This document shows positions 1-8,502 of a stretch of DNA of 27,229 nt, piece by piece; positions within the stretch are counted from its first letter, which is position 1; each line of letters starts with the position of its first letter. The stretch is from positions 1-27,229 of the IMG/VR virus record IMGVR_UViG_3300013114_000374; one strand, given 5' to 3'. This DNA comes from a virus. Lineage: Duplodnaviria; Caudoviricetes. The notes under the pieces were generated by a model that did no database searches, had not been told where the DNA came from, and was given only the letters and a program-made list of their open reading frames with translations. The translations under genes and the position numbers were made by a program.

Positions 1-455
1 GCTAAAGCGGTGGACCTAAGAGCTTGTTCTGTTGAAATTGCATTTCCAGTAACTGCTTTTAAATTATCCGCTAAGAATCCTAGATTTCTACCTGCAGCAA
101 CCCCTACATAGTCTAATCCTTCGGCCAATTGACCTACTTTAGAGGCATTTCTTAAAGCATTAAAAGCTGCCGTTGCTGCAAATATGTTTGCTGCTAATGT
201 AGCGTATGCGGCAACGAGGCCTGAAGAGCCTCCCATAGTTTGATTCATCTTAGAGAAGCCTTTAGCTCCAGAAAGACCTGCCTGCCCTACTCCTTTCATT
301 CCCTTATGGAAATTATCGTTTTGTTTATTTAAGTTTTTCGTAGCGTTGCTTTGCTTATTTACGGACGCAGTAGTTTTATCCAGATTTTTCTGGGCTACTT
401 TTAAACCTTTACTGGTCATTTGTATTTCTAGTAATACTGTGCTATCTGCTGCCAC
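1..455 (-). CDS. Tail tape measure protein, N-terminal part (runs off the window), T5 pb2-like
   Basis: GTG at 455 overlaps the upstream TAG; open frame MAADSTVLLEIQMTSKG...GLVAAYATLAANIFAATAAFNAL resembles T5-like TMP N-termini; lies directly after the tail chaperones. Confidence 0.88.
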   Translation of the reverse strand, partial: MAADSTVLLEIQMTSKGLKVAQKNLDKTTASVNKQSNATKNLNKQNDNFHKGMKGVGQAGLSGAKGFSKMNQTMGGSSGLVAAYATLAANIFAATAAFNALRNASKVGQLAEGLDYVGVAAGRNLGFLADNLKAVTGNAISTEQALRSTAL

Positions 456-841
456 TAACGTTTTCTCTTTATCTTGTCATATTCACGTTTAAGCCTCTCT
501 TGAGAGGTTTTAATCGCTTCTGCGTCAAGCCTCGATAGTACTTCTAATAATAATTCTTTACTATCAATATTATAAAGTTGCATTAATATAGGTAAGTTAG
601 TATAGTCTTTGCCTACATAACCTATTTCAGGATACATTCTATCCCCTAAAAAACTAAATATCTCTAATGCGTTTATTACTGTTTCTGGAAAATCTTCTAT
701 CCCGGGAGGACATCTTTCTATATTTGGAGGTTGATTTATTTGATCTTGTACATCCAAATACTTTTCTTTTGTCATGCCTATCGCACTATTATTCTGCCAG
801 TGTTCTAGTCGCTCCCACAGAAGCTCTTTTTGTTCTTCCAC
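455..841 (-). CDS. Tail assembly chaperone, second (T-like) frame, probably reached by frameshift
   Basis: Overlaps the end of the upstream chaperone in the +1 frame; no clear SD before GTG 841; G/T position before the TMP. Confidence 0.8.
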   Translation of the reverse strand: MEEQKELLWERLEHWQNNSAIGMTKEKYLDVQDQINQPPNIERCPPGIEDFPETVINALEIFSFLGDRMYPEIGYVGKDYTNLPILMQLYNIDSKELLLEVLSRLDAEAIKTSQERLKREYDKIKRKR

Positions 842-1235
842 GAAAGTTGCCTAGGTCAAAGACTACTTCGTTAATCCAATTGTCAAATTCTGCAGAATTG
901 GATATTAGCACCTCCGCTTGTTCTTGATTATATTCTAGTTCTTCTTCTTCGTCCTGCCCTTTTAAGTCCACAAGTATCAAATCTTCCAAATACTTTAGCT
1001 TTAATCCCTTCCAATTTTTAATAGTAGCTTTGGAAAATTCTACAACGAACTTATCCTCATCTAACTCTTCTACCATTTGTCTAGTTTTTCTGTCGAATTT
1101 ATTAACTGTGCACCTTTTTCTCAAAGACACTAATTCTTTTCTAGATAGATTACATACTTCTACTTGAAAATCTGGAGACCCAGGAAAATCCATCCAAGCA
1201 GATTTTGTATCTACCATTAAATCTGTTAATTTCAT
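789..1235 (-). CDS. Tail assembly chaperone (G-like), 148 aa
   Basis: Likely start ATG 1235 (MKLTDLMVDTKSAWMDFPG) after AAAGGA; acidic; ends DLGNFR as in T5-like chaperones; synteny. Confidence 0.82.
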   Translation of the reverse strand: MKLTDLMVDTKSAWMDFPGSPDFQVEVCNLSRKELVSLRKRCTVNKFDRKTRQMVEELDEDKFVVEFSKATIKNWKGLKLKYLEDLILVDLKGQDEEEELEYNQEQAEVLISNSAEFDNWINEVVFDLGNFRGRTKRASVGATRTLAE

Positions 1236-1248
1236 TAAAATTCCTTTT

Positions 1249-2160
1249 TTAATATATAAATGTTGGTGCAGTACCGCTTGTAAGCCTAAAATCGTAACTT
1301 TGAGTAAATATATCCCCAAAAGCGGCTCTATTAGTAAAAGATGCATTGGGTAAAGATATATCTATCTGATAATCAGACGCAGACAGTCCTGCTTGTATTT
1401 GAACAGAGGTTCCCTCTGCCCATGTTAAAACATTATCGTTAGACTGTGAATTTGTTTCGTCGATATATTGGTTAATACTTCCTGCCATAGACCTTCCGTT
1501 TAAAGTAAAACCAGAAGGATATATAGTATCAGTATAATCTGTTACTGCAAGAGTTTCTTGCAAAGTTACATTTTTTGTCCAATTAATATCATTTTGAATT
1601 TCAAAAGACGCGCCTAAGATATTGTCTAAATAGTTTCCACCTACTTGAACTCTAAATTCTTTGGAAACTGCAAAAGTGGGGGTTGAATCCCAGTCTCCTA
1701 CTCCTACCGAAAAAGGAGCCGCGTTTCTAGTAAGTTTTGTTCCTTGTCCGGATAAAGAAACTGTCATAAGCCCCGCTCTGGGAATATTAAAAGTTCCATT
1801 AGTAAATACACAATTTTCTATTTTATAGTAAATATTCGGACTATAATCCTGATATACAAAATATAGATTAAAAGTATTTAATGTGCTTCCGGTTAAATCT
1901 ATTAACAAGTCTAAGGGCTTGTGTTGAAACAGAAGTGTTTCTTTCAATAAATAAATTGAAAAATCAAAATCTGCGGGTCCTGCTGTGTTTGTAACTGTAT
2001 CTTCTATGAAGTCGGAGGAAGCGTGTAAAGTTCTTTTCTGTACCTCGTCTTGCTTAAAGGTTTGAGAAAAAGAAACATCTTTAGTAGTATGAAGTTTATA
2101 GAAAGTGCTAGTAGGATACTCTAACCATACTATCCCTTCTCTTAAAAATTCAAAACTCAC
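1249..2160 (-). CDS. Minor tail / baseplate tube protein (T5 p140-like)
   Basis: 303 aa beta-rich, tube-protein-like motifs; lies between major tail protein and chaperones; SD GGGGAGAG upstream. Confidence 0.8.
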   Translation of the reverse strand: MSFEFLREGIVWLEYPTSTFYKLHTTKDVSFSQTFKQDEVQKRTLHASSDFIEDTVTNTAGPADFDFSIYLLKETLLFQHKPLDLLIDLTGSTLNTFNLYFVYQDYSPNIYYKIENCVFTNGTFNIPRAGLMTVSLSGQGTKLTRNAAPFSVGVGDWDSTPTFAVSKEFRVQVGGNYLDNILGASFEIQNDINWTKNVTLQETLAVTDYTDTIYPSGFTLNGRSMAGSINQYIDETNSQSNDNVLTWAEGTSVQIQAGLSASDYQIDISLPNASFTNRAAFGDIFTQSYDFRLTSGTAPTFIY

Positions 2161-2189
2161 TTTCTCTCCCCTATATTATCTCCTCATAG

Positions 2190-2215
2190 AAAAAAGGGGA
2201 GAAATTTTCTCCCCC
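2190..2215 (-). terminator. Intrinsic terminator after the major tail gene
   Basis: - strand GGGGAGAA-AAT-TTCTCCCC followed by T6. Confidence 0.8.
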
Positions 2216-2225
2216 AATCTTCATA

Positions 2226-2254
2226 ATTATATCTAAATAACACCTAATTGTCAA
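2226..2254 (-). promoter_or_regulatory. Sigma70 promoter
   Basis: TTGACA-17 bp-TATAAT on the - strand. Confidence 0.8.
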
Positions 2255-2272
2255 GAATTATTTTTCCGGACC

Positions 2273-3496
2273 TTAGACATTATATATGATTGTTGCTTCG
2301 TCAGTATTATCTACATTACCGTCTGCTACCTGACCGTGGAAATTTACTTCCAAAGTAAGCAAATCTTCAACATTAACAGTAGGAACTTCCAGATGAGCTG
2401 TAGGTAAATCAAAGTATACTCTAGGAGTAGATCCGGTCGTTCCTCCAATATTTACAGACATATTAAACACATTTCTAACTGTTTCAGTATCAGATACTAA
2501 GTCTGCAAAAAGCTCTCCAGATTTACTCTCACCATCAGCATTGTCAAGATAACAAGTCATAGAACCAGAAACTGAACGAGCTCCTGTAATATTTGCAAGA
2601 GGAGCATTAACTACTCCCAATTCTTCCGGAGTCAAATAATTAATATTATTCTCAATACTAAAGCTTCCGCCAGTGAGAACAAGATTATAAACATCTACAA
2701 TAGGCGGAGAACCGGCGGAACCAGAATCTCCTGCTTCAGGAGAACCTACCTGCTTGTCAGTTCTAACTAAATCAACTGTAGAAATACGATTACGAATAAA
2801 GTTAGTAGTATCCGTTAATCCTTCTTCTATAACTGCTGGAGAACCTCCTGCAGTAAGATCAGTAGGAACAGAAGTTCCTGCATCTGTCAAAGATTTAGCC
2901 ATACCACTCCAAGCAATAGTAGCAATGCCATCTATATCAAAATCCATTGACATAGAATTAACAACAGCACTATCTAATTGATAAACTTGAATATTTCCAG
3001 TATCTTCAAAACTAAAGTAAATTTTCCAGTTATCTGAAAGAGAAGATACATTTGAACCTCCAAAATTCCAAGTTTGTGAGGTAGTTAATCTGTTATTAAC
3101 ATTATAAGCATTCTCAGGACTTTCTGGAGAAACGATCTCTTCAGCTACAGCTGAGTTAGCATAAGTGCCTAAAGAAGTATCATAAGAATCAGCACCTAAA
3201 AGCATTGCCCAAAGAGGATCTTCAGGGCTTCCTGCTTCAGAAGTAGGAACAGCTCTTTCAAAAGGACGAGCATAAGTACTCAACGACCACTCAACAGGAG
3301 CTAGACTATCGTTAAAAAGCAATCTTGCTCTACGAGAGGCAGAACCTGCTTCATTAATTGTTATTTCCGAGCTATTAATAGCTTGACTAAAAGAAAACCC
3401 ATCTAACACAGAGAGTTTCCACGCTTGTACATGAGTTGACCCATCAGACGTCAACTGAACATATACATTTGCATTTCTTGTAAATTGTAATGCCAT
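2273..3496 (-). CDS. Major tail tube protein (T5 pb6-like, no obvious C-terminal Ig domain)
   Basis: VLDGFSFSQ, FNDSLAPVEWSLSTYARP, DFDIDGIATIAWSG, NNINYLTPEELG motifs of T5-like tail tube proteins; SD AGGAG. Confidence 0.92.
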   Translation of the reverse strand: MALQFTRNANVYVQLTSDGSTHVQAWKLSVLDGFSFSQAINSSEITINEAGSASRRARLLFNDSLAPVEWSLSTYARPFERAVPTSEAGSPEDPLWAMLLGADSYDTSLGTYANSAVAEEIVSPESPENAYNVNNRLTTSQTWNFGGSNVSSLSDNWKIYFSFEDTGNIQVYQLDSAVVNSMSMDFDIDGIATIAWSGMAKSLTDAGTSVPTDLTAGGSPAVIEEGLTDTTNFIRNRISTVDLVRTDKQVGSPEAGDSGSAGSPPIVDVYNLVLTGGSFSIENNINYLTPEELGVVNAPLANITGARSVSGSMTCYLDNADGESKSGELFADLVSDTETVRNVFNMSVNIGGTTGSTPRVYFDLPTAHLEVPTVNVEDLLTLEVNFHGQVADGNVDNTDEATIIYNV

Positions 3497-3566
3497 TTAT
3501 TTTTCTCCTAAAGAAAAACAGAGAAAAGCTATTACTTTATCTATTTTTCTATCTTAACCTAAAAGG

Positions 3567-4019
3567 TTAGTAACGAACTTCGCATATTATTTCTCCAACC
3601 GCTAGAGGTTCGAGAGCACCTTCATCGGTGTCCAAGCTCAAGATTGTGATCTGCTGGACACTTTGAGTGTTTCCGTCTAAGTCTGTATATTCCAGACTTG
3701 CGTTATCTTCTATAACTGTTTCTATATCTTCAAAAAGTTTTTCTAGTGCAAAGATTGCATTTTCTTCTTGTACATATACTCTTAGAGTTATAGCTAAGTA
3801 TCTATCTTTAAAACCTCCACCTTGGTATACTCTGTTTTCAGACCCCGCACTTACATGAACGGCTGGAAAATCTTCTACCTCATCCCAAAACTTTAATCGT
3901 GGTAATACATTATTGTATAAATTTGTTCTATACGGAGAATTACCATTTATGCCTTTTATTTTATTCTCAAGAGCTTGAACAATGGCCATTCTTCTTGAAC
4001 TATAATCTCTTGTGGCCAT
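3567..4019 (-). CDS. Tail tube terminator protein (T5 p142-like)
   Basis: 150 aa, LKFWDEVEDFPAVHV and TDEGALEPLAVGEIICEVRY; synteny. Confidence 0.85.
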   Translation of the reverse strand: MATRDYSSRRMAIVQALENKIKGINGNSPYRTNLYNNVLPRLKFWDEVEDFPAVHVSAGSENRVYQGGGFKDRYLAITLRVYVQEENAIFALEKLFEDIETVIEDNASLEYTDLDGNTQSVQQITILSLDTDEGALEPLAVGEIICEVRY

Positions 4020-5452
4020 TACATTCTCCTAGTGTAAAATCTTCCTGTTATTAATTGTGCTGCTATTTCTCTGATAGACCGGTCTATTAGTTTTCTAGGA
4101 TCTCTTTTCCCATTAGACCAAGGAGGCATACCAGCTCCATCTTCAAAAACTTGATAAGGGTTTTTTCTATAAGTATATCCTATGCTTGGAAAACCTCCTT
4201 TAGTTTCTAAAACATCTGTTACTCTAACACTTTCTGCAAATCTTCCCGTTCTATTTGCTAAAGAAGGCGGTCCCATATTTTCTTTCACTGTTTGTGTAAG
4301 TTTTTGATTTACTAAAGCAGCTAAAGCTATGGTACTGTTTGCTGAAGATTTCCTAATAGCTTGTTTTTTTGCCGAGCCTTTAAAAGATGCTACACTACGC
4401 CTAGATTTTTTTTCACCACTAATTCTTTCTTTTTTAGATTTAGTTCCTTTAGATAAATTAATTTTAGTATTACTAGTTGTAACTATTTTTGCTACTTCTG
4501 AAAGCATAACTCCCTGTTCGTAATACTTTATTATTTTCTTTTTTTCTATAGTTTTTCTACTATCAGAGCCACCCCAATTACCCCAATCATTCTTTTTTAT
4601 TCGATCTTCAGCAGCTTTTAAAACTTTTTTTCTGTCCCGTATTAAGTCCGCTTCTGGACCAAGCCCTTGGGATTGGTTTTCTATAAAACTTCCAATAGTT
4701 AGATGCGCTTTAGTAGCATCTAGTGCTGAAGTATAAGTCATAAAAATCTCAAAACCCCAGTCCTTTATAAGATTATTTCGTGCTTTAGGACTTAAGTCTC
4801 TACCTTTATCTGTCTTTCCTTTCTTTAACAATTTTTGAAATGTTAAATCAGCTCTGGAAGCCTTATGTTCTGCTATGGCACTTCCTTTATCATGTGTTAA
4901 GGCCTGTGTTCGAGAAGATTTAATTTTATCCAAATTATCATTAGCTGAAGAAGCTAACCTACTTATTTCGTCTATAATTTGGTTGACTTCTTGTCTATAT
5001 ATCTCTCTTATAACTATGAAATTATTGCTTTGGTATACTCCTATATGGGAGTATGAGGGTGCCTCACCTACTGGATAAAAAGCATGAATCTCAATATCAT
5101 CATCTCTAGTATAAGTTTCCGGAAATACTGTAACATATATTCCAGCTGCAGCCGTTTCTGCCTTTTTGGCATTATTAAAAATTTTTTCCATAACTTCATC
5201 TATTTTGACTTGAATTAGCTCTAATATATGACGTTTTTGTTCTTCTTCTAGTAATAACCATCCCGGATGGATAATTTCCCCTGTCGACTCTTCAACAAAA
5301 TTCAATTCTGTTAAAATTGATTTAATAACTATAGTTTTGCTAATTATAGTTATATTTTCCTCGTAATTTAATTCTGATCTTAATTTTTTAATATCAGAAT
5401 CTAATTGTGTTCTTAATTCTTTTACTATATTATTTAAAAGATTTTTGCTCAT
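4019..5452 (-). CDS. Tail completion / neck protein (T5 p143-like) with long N-terminal extension
   Basis: C-terminal NRTGRFAESV...GYTYRKNPYQVFE...RDPRKLIDRSIREIA motif; synteny. Confidence 0.78.
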   Translation of the reverse strand: MSKNLLNNIVKELRTQLDSDIKKLRSELNYEENITIISKTIVIKSILTELNFVEESTGEIIHPGWLLLEEEQKRHILELIQVKIDEVMEKIFNNAKKAETAAAGIYVTVFPETYTRDDDIEIHAFYPVGEAPSYSHIGVYQSNNFIVIREIYRQEVNQIIDEISRLASSANDNLDKIKSSRTQALTHDKGSAIAEHKASRADLTFQKLLKKGKTDKGRDLSPKARNNLIKDWGFEIFMTYTSALDATKAHLTIGSFIENQSQGLGPEADLIRDRKKVLKAAEDRIKKNDWGNWGGSDSRKTIEKKKIIKYYEQGVMLSEVAKIVTTSNTKINLSKGTKSKKERISGEKKSRRSVASFKGSAKKQAIRKSSANSTIALAALVNQKLTQTVKENMGPPSLANRTGRFAESVRVTDVLETKGGFPSIGYTYRKNPYQVFEDGAGMPPWSNGKRDPRKLIDRSIREIAAQLITGRFYTRRM

Positions 5453-6060
5453 GACACTCTGTACATGTCTAAAACCCTACGTATGTGATCAGGGAATCCT
5501 GGGTCTCCGCGAATGGCGGAAGGCCCCGCACCTTCTCGAGTAGCAGAACCAATTGTTTGTCTTTCTTTCCATTCATCTTTATGATAGTAAGTAATAATGT
5601 CAGCAATAGCTAGTTTTAAGTCTACAGGTAACGTAACATATCCTGCTAAATAAGTAACTTTTACTGAACCTACCCCTCTAGGAAAATTTTTATAACTACC
5701 ATTGTCATTAGTTCTAAATACAGAGTCAGTAACACTATCTAAGTACCAGGAATATTCTGCAGGACTACCTTCTCCATCTCTGAAAATTTCTGTATAGGCT
5801 TCTGTTTGACCCGTTCTCTCATATACATTAGTAATACTAATAACAGGACTGTATTTTAATTGAACTACATAACTATCCCACTGAATATCAAATAACTGTG
5901 TATATCCGGGAGAGGAGGCATAAGTATCAAACTCGTTATTACAATAAGTTCGGACTAATTGACTTACACTCGTAATCAAAGTCTCGAATTTCTCATCATA
6001 TTGAGTAGAGTTTACACCCTCTAATATCTTATAGTCATCTAATGTAATTAAATCAGCCAT
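5449..6060 (-). CDS. Head completion / head-tail connector protein (T5 p144-like)
   Basis: LITLDDYK, VKVTYLAGY..LPVDLKLA, FPDHIRRVLDMYR; immediately after the capsid gene. Confidence 0.87.
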   Translation of the reverse strand: MADLITLDDYKILEGVNSTQYDEKFETLITSVSQLVRTYCNNEFDTYASSPGYTQLFDIQWDSYVVQLKYSPVISITNVYERTGQTEAYTEIFRDGEGSPAEYSWYLDSVTDSVFRTNDNGSYKNFPRGVGSVKVTYLAGYVTLPVDLKLAIADIITYYHKDEWKERQTIGSATREGAGPSAIRGDPGFPDHIRRVLDMYRVS

Positions 6061-6069
6061 TTATAATCC

Positions 6070-6102
6070 AAAAAGGCTTGGGAAGCCCCGAAAGGCTTCC
6101 CA
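6070..6102 (-). terminator. Hairpin / terminator after the capsid gene
   Basis: - strand TGGGAAGCC-TTTCGG-GGCTTCCCA, then AGCC and T5. Confidence 0.7.
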
Positions 6103-6116
6103 TCCTAAATAACATT

Positions 6117-8162
6117 TTACCAGGTATGTGCAACAACTTGTCCTTCAGCTGTGAACAATTGAGCAAAACCACGTCTTTGAGTAGCAACCAGAACTCGACG
6201 CTGATTTTCAACATCGTAATCTGACTCTACCGTAACACCGCGTAAAACGGGAACAACAAAGTTTCGAGTATTAACAGCAAGACCCCAGGCTTCATCTTCA
6301 ACTTTTCCACCTTTGAACTCGGAACAAACGAGAATAGGGGAGCCATAAGCTTGTCCTATTTCACCTGTGAGTTTAGTAGCGCGATTGCTACCAACAAGGT
6401 TGGCATCTTGGAAAGCCGCATCGTCTAACAGATCGTAATAAGCATCTAAAGATACTATGTAAACTACGTCTTGAGGGGAGCGTCCATACTTACCCATTGC
6501 TTGACGCATGTTAAGTAATGCAGCAGTAGTAGCAGGATTGCCTCCAGACTGACCCGGAGAACCATCATCGACAACTTTACTGTCATCAACAGCAATCTTA
6601 TAAAGACCGTTCTGTCCACCATCATTCAGTGAATCGGTGGAATTGCCGACCAAAAGCGAATGTTCAACAGCGCGTGCATGAGCACGAACCATAGCTTCAC
6701 GAATCAAAGGAAGAATAGGCATAATTGCATCTTCTTCAGCTTCATTAGCCAGGTAAGATTTGGAAATCAAACGATTAACAGTTAAGACTTGAGAACCCAT
6801 ACCAATAGGACCTCCAGTATAAGGAGAACCTTGTGCATCTTTATCTTCTAAGTTACCTTTAAAAGGTGCTCCAGAATTAGCATTGTCTCCATCGCTAGGA
6901 GCTTCCGTCCATTGTGCAAATCCAGAATCCGGCATAGTTGGGATAACCATACTAGCAGCATTCATTTGAATCTTACGGAATAAAGGCTCAATAACCAGCT
7001 CTAACTCAATGTCCCGTTCAATTGACGTTGAAACTACAGTTTCAAAATCTTCTGAAGTACGAGAAGGAACACTTACACCGCCTTGAGTATTAACTTTTTC
7101 GAAAAGAGCTTTACCGGCTTTAGTATCCCAGCCTTTTCTAGTAATAGCACCTAAAAGGTGCGCATCACAGATTTCAGCTTCATTAGCTTTCATAAAGTCT
7201 TGAACTTCCCCGCGGTCAGCGAATACACGCTTAGACTCACGCATTTTTTGAATCTCTTCTGATTTCTCAGCAAGATCCTTTTCATATTTTGCGACAATTT
7301 CAGCCACATTAGCATCTTTCTCAGCAAATTTTGCTTCGACGTCCGCCATTAATCTCTCTGCACCGCTAGATACAGCGGTAACAATTTCAGCTTCGTGTGC
7401 AGCTTTCTGGGCAGCAGCTTCGGTAGCAGCTTTTTCTTCTGCTTCCAACCGCTTTTGCTCTTCTGCTTTGCGCTCAGCTTCTTTCATTGCCATTGCAGTT
7501 GCTGTTTTTTCAACAGCAGCACTAACAATAGCATCGATATCTATATCACTCATAGTTTTCTCCTGTACTTCGACTTGTGATAAGTCTTTAGGCATTGAGT
7601 CGTTTTCAGCCTGTTTTTGTTCAGTTTCCTGAGCATCAACAAGAGAAAGGGACTCTTCTGTATTGAAAGATTTCTTGAATTCTTCATATTCCTTAACGGA
7701 ATCAAAAGATTTTGCAAGAGAAAAGGTAGCAGCTTGGTTAGCAGGAACCGTTACTACTGAAACTTCCAGTAATTCTGCGTCCTTAATCTTATATCCATCG
7801 GTTTCGGTCATGAACTCGGCATCCTTGACTCGAAACCCGACAGAAAAAGCTCCAAGGACACCTTCTTTTATTAAATCACCTACGTGACCAGCAGATTTAG
7901 CAATTTTTGCTTTTAACTGCAGACCATTGTCGTTGGTACCAAGCGAAACTGCTCGTCCAATCGGCTGATTATAGTCATGATTAAAAAGAATAACGGGATT
8001 GTTTAAATAGTTTTTAAGACCGCCGGATTTCTCCCAAGCAGTAGATTCAACTATATCACCTACTCTATCCATATTGTTAGTACTTGCCATACCTTCAATA
8101 TGTAAATCTCCACCCTCTTCTAAGGCTTTGAAAGTGGAACCAATATGAAAAATCTTATTCAA
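6117..8162 (-). CDS. HK97-type prohead protease fused in-frame to the major capsid protein (internal capsid start at 7553)
   Basis: N-terminal protease motifs NPVILFNHD..PIG, AFSVGF, ELLEVSVVTVPAN; coiled-coil delta domain; HK97 capsid C-terminus; SD AGGAG 6 nt before internal ATG 7553. Confidence 0.93.
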   Translation of the reverse strand: MNKIFHIGSTFKALEEGGDLHIEGMASTNNMDRVGDIVESTAWEKSGGLKNYLNNPVILFNHDYNQPIGRAVSLGTNDNGLQLKAKIAKSAGHVGDLIKEGVLGAFSVGFRVKDAEFMTETDGYKIKDAELLEVSVVTVPANQAATFSLAKSFDSVKEYEEFKKSFNTEESLSLVDAQETEQKQAENDSMPKDLSQVEVQEKTMSDIDIDAIVSAAVEKTATAMAMKEAERKAEEQKRLEAEEKAATEAAAQKAAHEAEIVTAVSSGAERLMADVEAKFAEKDANVAEIVAKYEKDLAEKSEEIQKMRESKRVFADRGEVQDFMKANEAEICDAHLLGAITRKGWDTKAGKALFEKVNTQGGVSVPSRTSEDFETVVSTSIERDIELELVIEPLFRKIQMNAASMVIPTMPDSGFAQWTEAPSDGDNANSGAPFKGNLEDKDAQGSPYTGGPIGMGSQVLTVNRLISKSYLANEAEEDAIMPILPLIREAMVRAHARAVEHSLLVGNSTDSLNDGGQNGLYKIAVDDSKVVDDGSPGQSGGNPATTAALLNMRQAMGKYGRSPQDVVYIVSLDAYYDLLDDAAFQDANLVGSNRATKLTGEIGQAYGSPILVCSEFKGGKVEDEAWGLAVNTRNFVVPVLRGVTVESDYDVENQRRVLVATQRRGFAQLFTAEGQVVAHTW

Positions 8163-8502
8163 AGGATCCTCCTCTTAATGATCTTAATTTTTCAAGAGGA
8201 CTAAGATCATCTTCTGAAGCCGGTTCTAAAACGGGCTTTTCTTGCTCTATAATAGGTTCTGCTTTTTTCTCAACAACAGGTTCTACCCCTATTTTAGACC
8301 ACTCTTCTGGATAGCTTTGTTTAGCATATCTAACTAAACTGTTATACCCCATTCCACCAAAATACCTAACTAATAATTTAGGAGATATTGGGGCGTTATT
8401 TTTTAAATTATAATATTCTGTTCTATTTAGTGCTCTACCAACATCTTGAAAGTATAATACTAAAGTTCTTAGCATTTCTCTTTTACTTTTTATACTAGGC
8501 AT
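8155..8502 (-). CDS. Hypothetical protein at the T5 decoration-protein position
   Basis: 115 aa overlapping portal stop and protease start; N-terminus loosely resembles homing-endonuclease-associated repeats. Confidence 0.7.
   Translation of the reverse strand: MPSIKSKREMLRTLVLYFQDVGRALNRTEYYNLKNNAPISPKLLVRYFGGMGYNSLVRYAKQSYPEEWSKIGVEPVVEKKAEPIIEQEKPVLEPASEDDLSPLEKLRSLRGGSFE

Noticed and set aside
1236-1346. Extended N-terminus of the chaperone ORF in the track
   Set aside because: Overlaps the upstream gene; ATG 1235 has an SD and gives a typical size.
3511-3551. Imperfect AT-rich inverted repeat upstream of the major tail gene
   Set aside because: Weak, mismatched stem; cannot be supported as a terminator or regulator.
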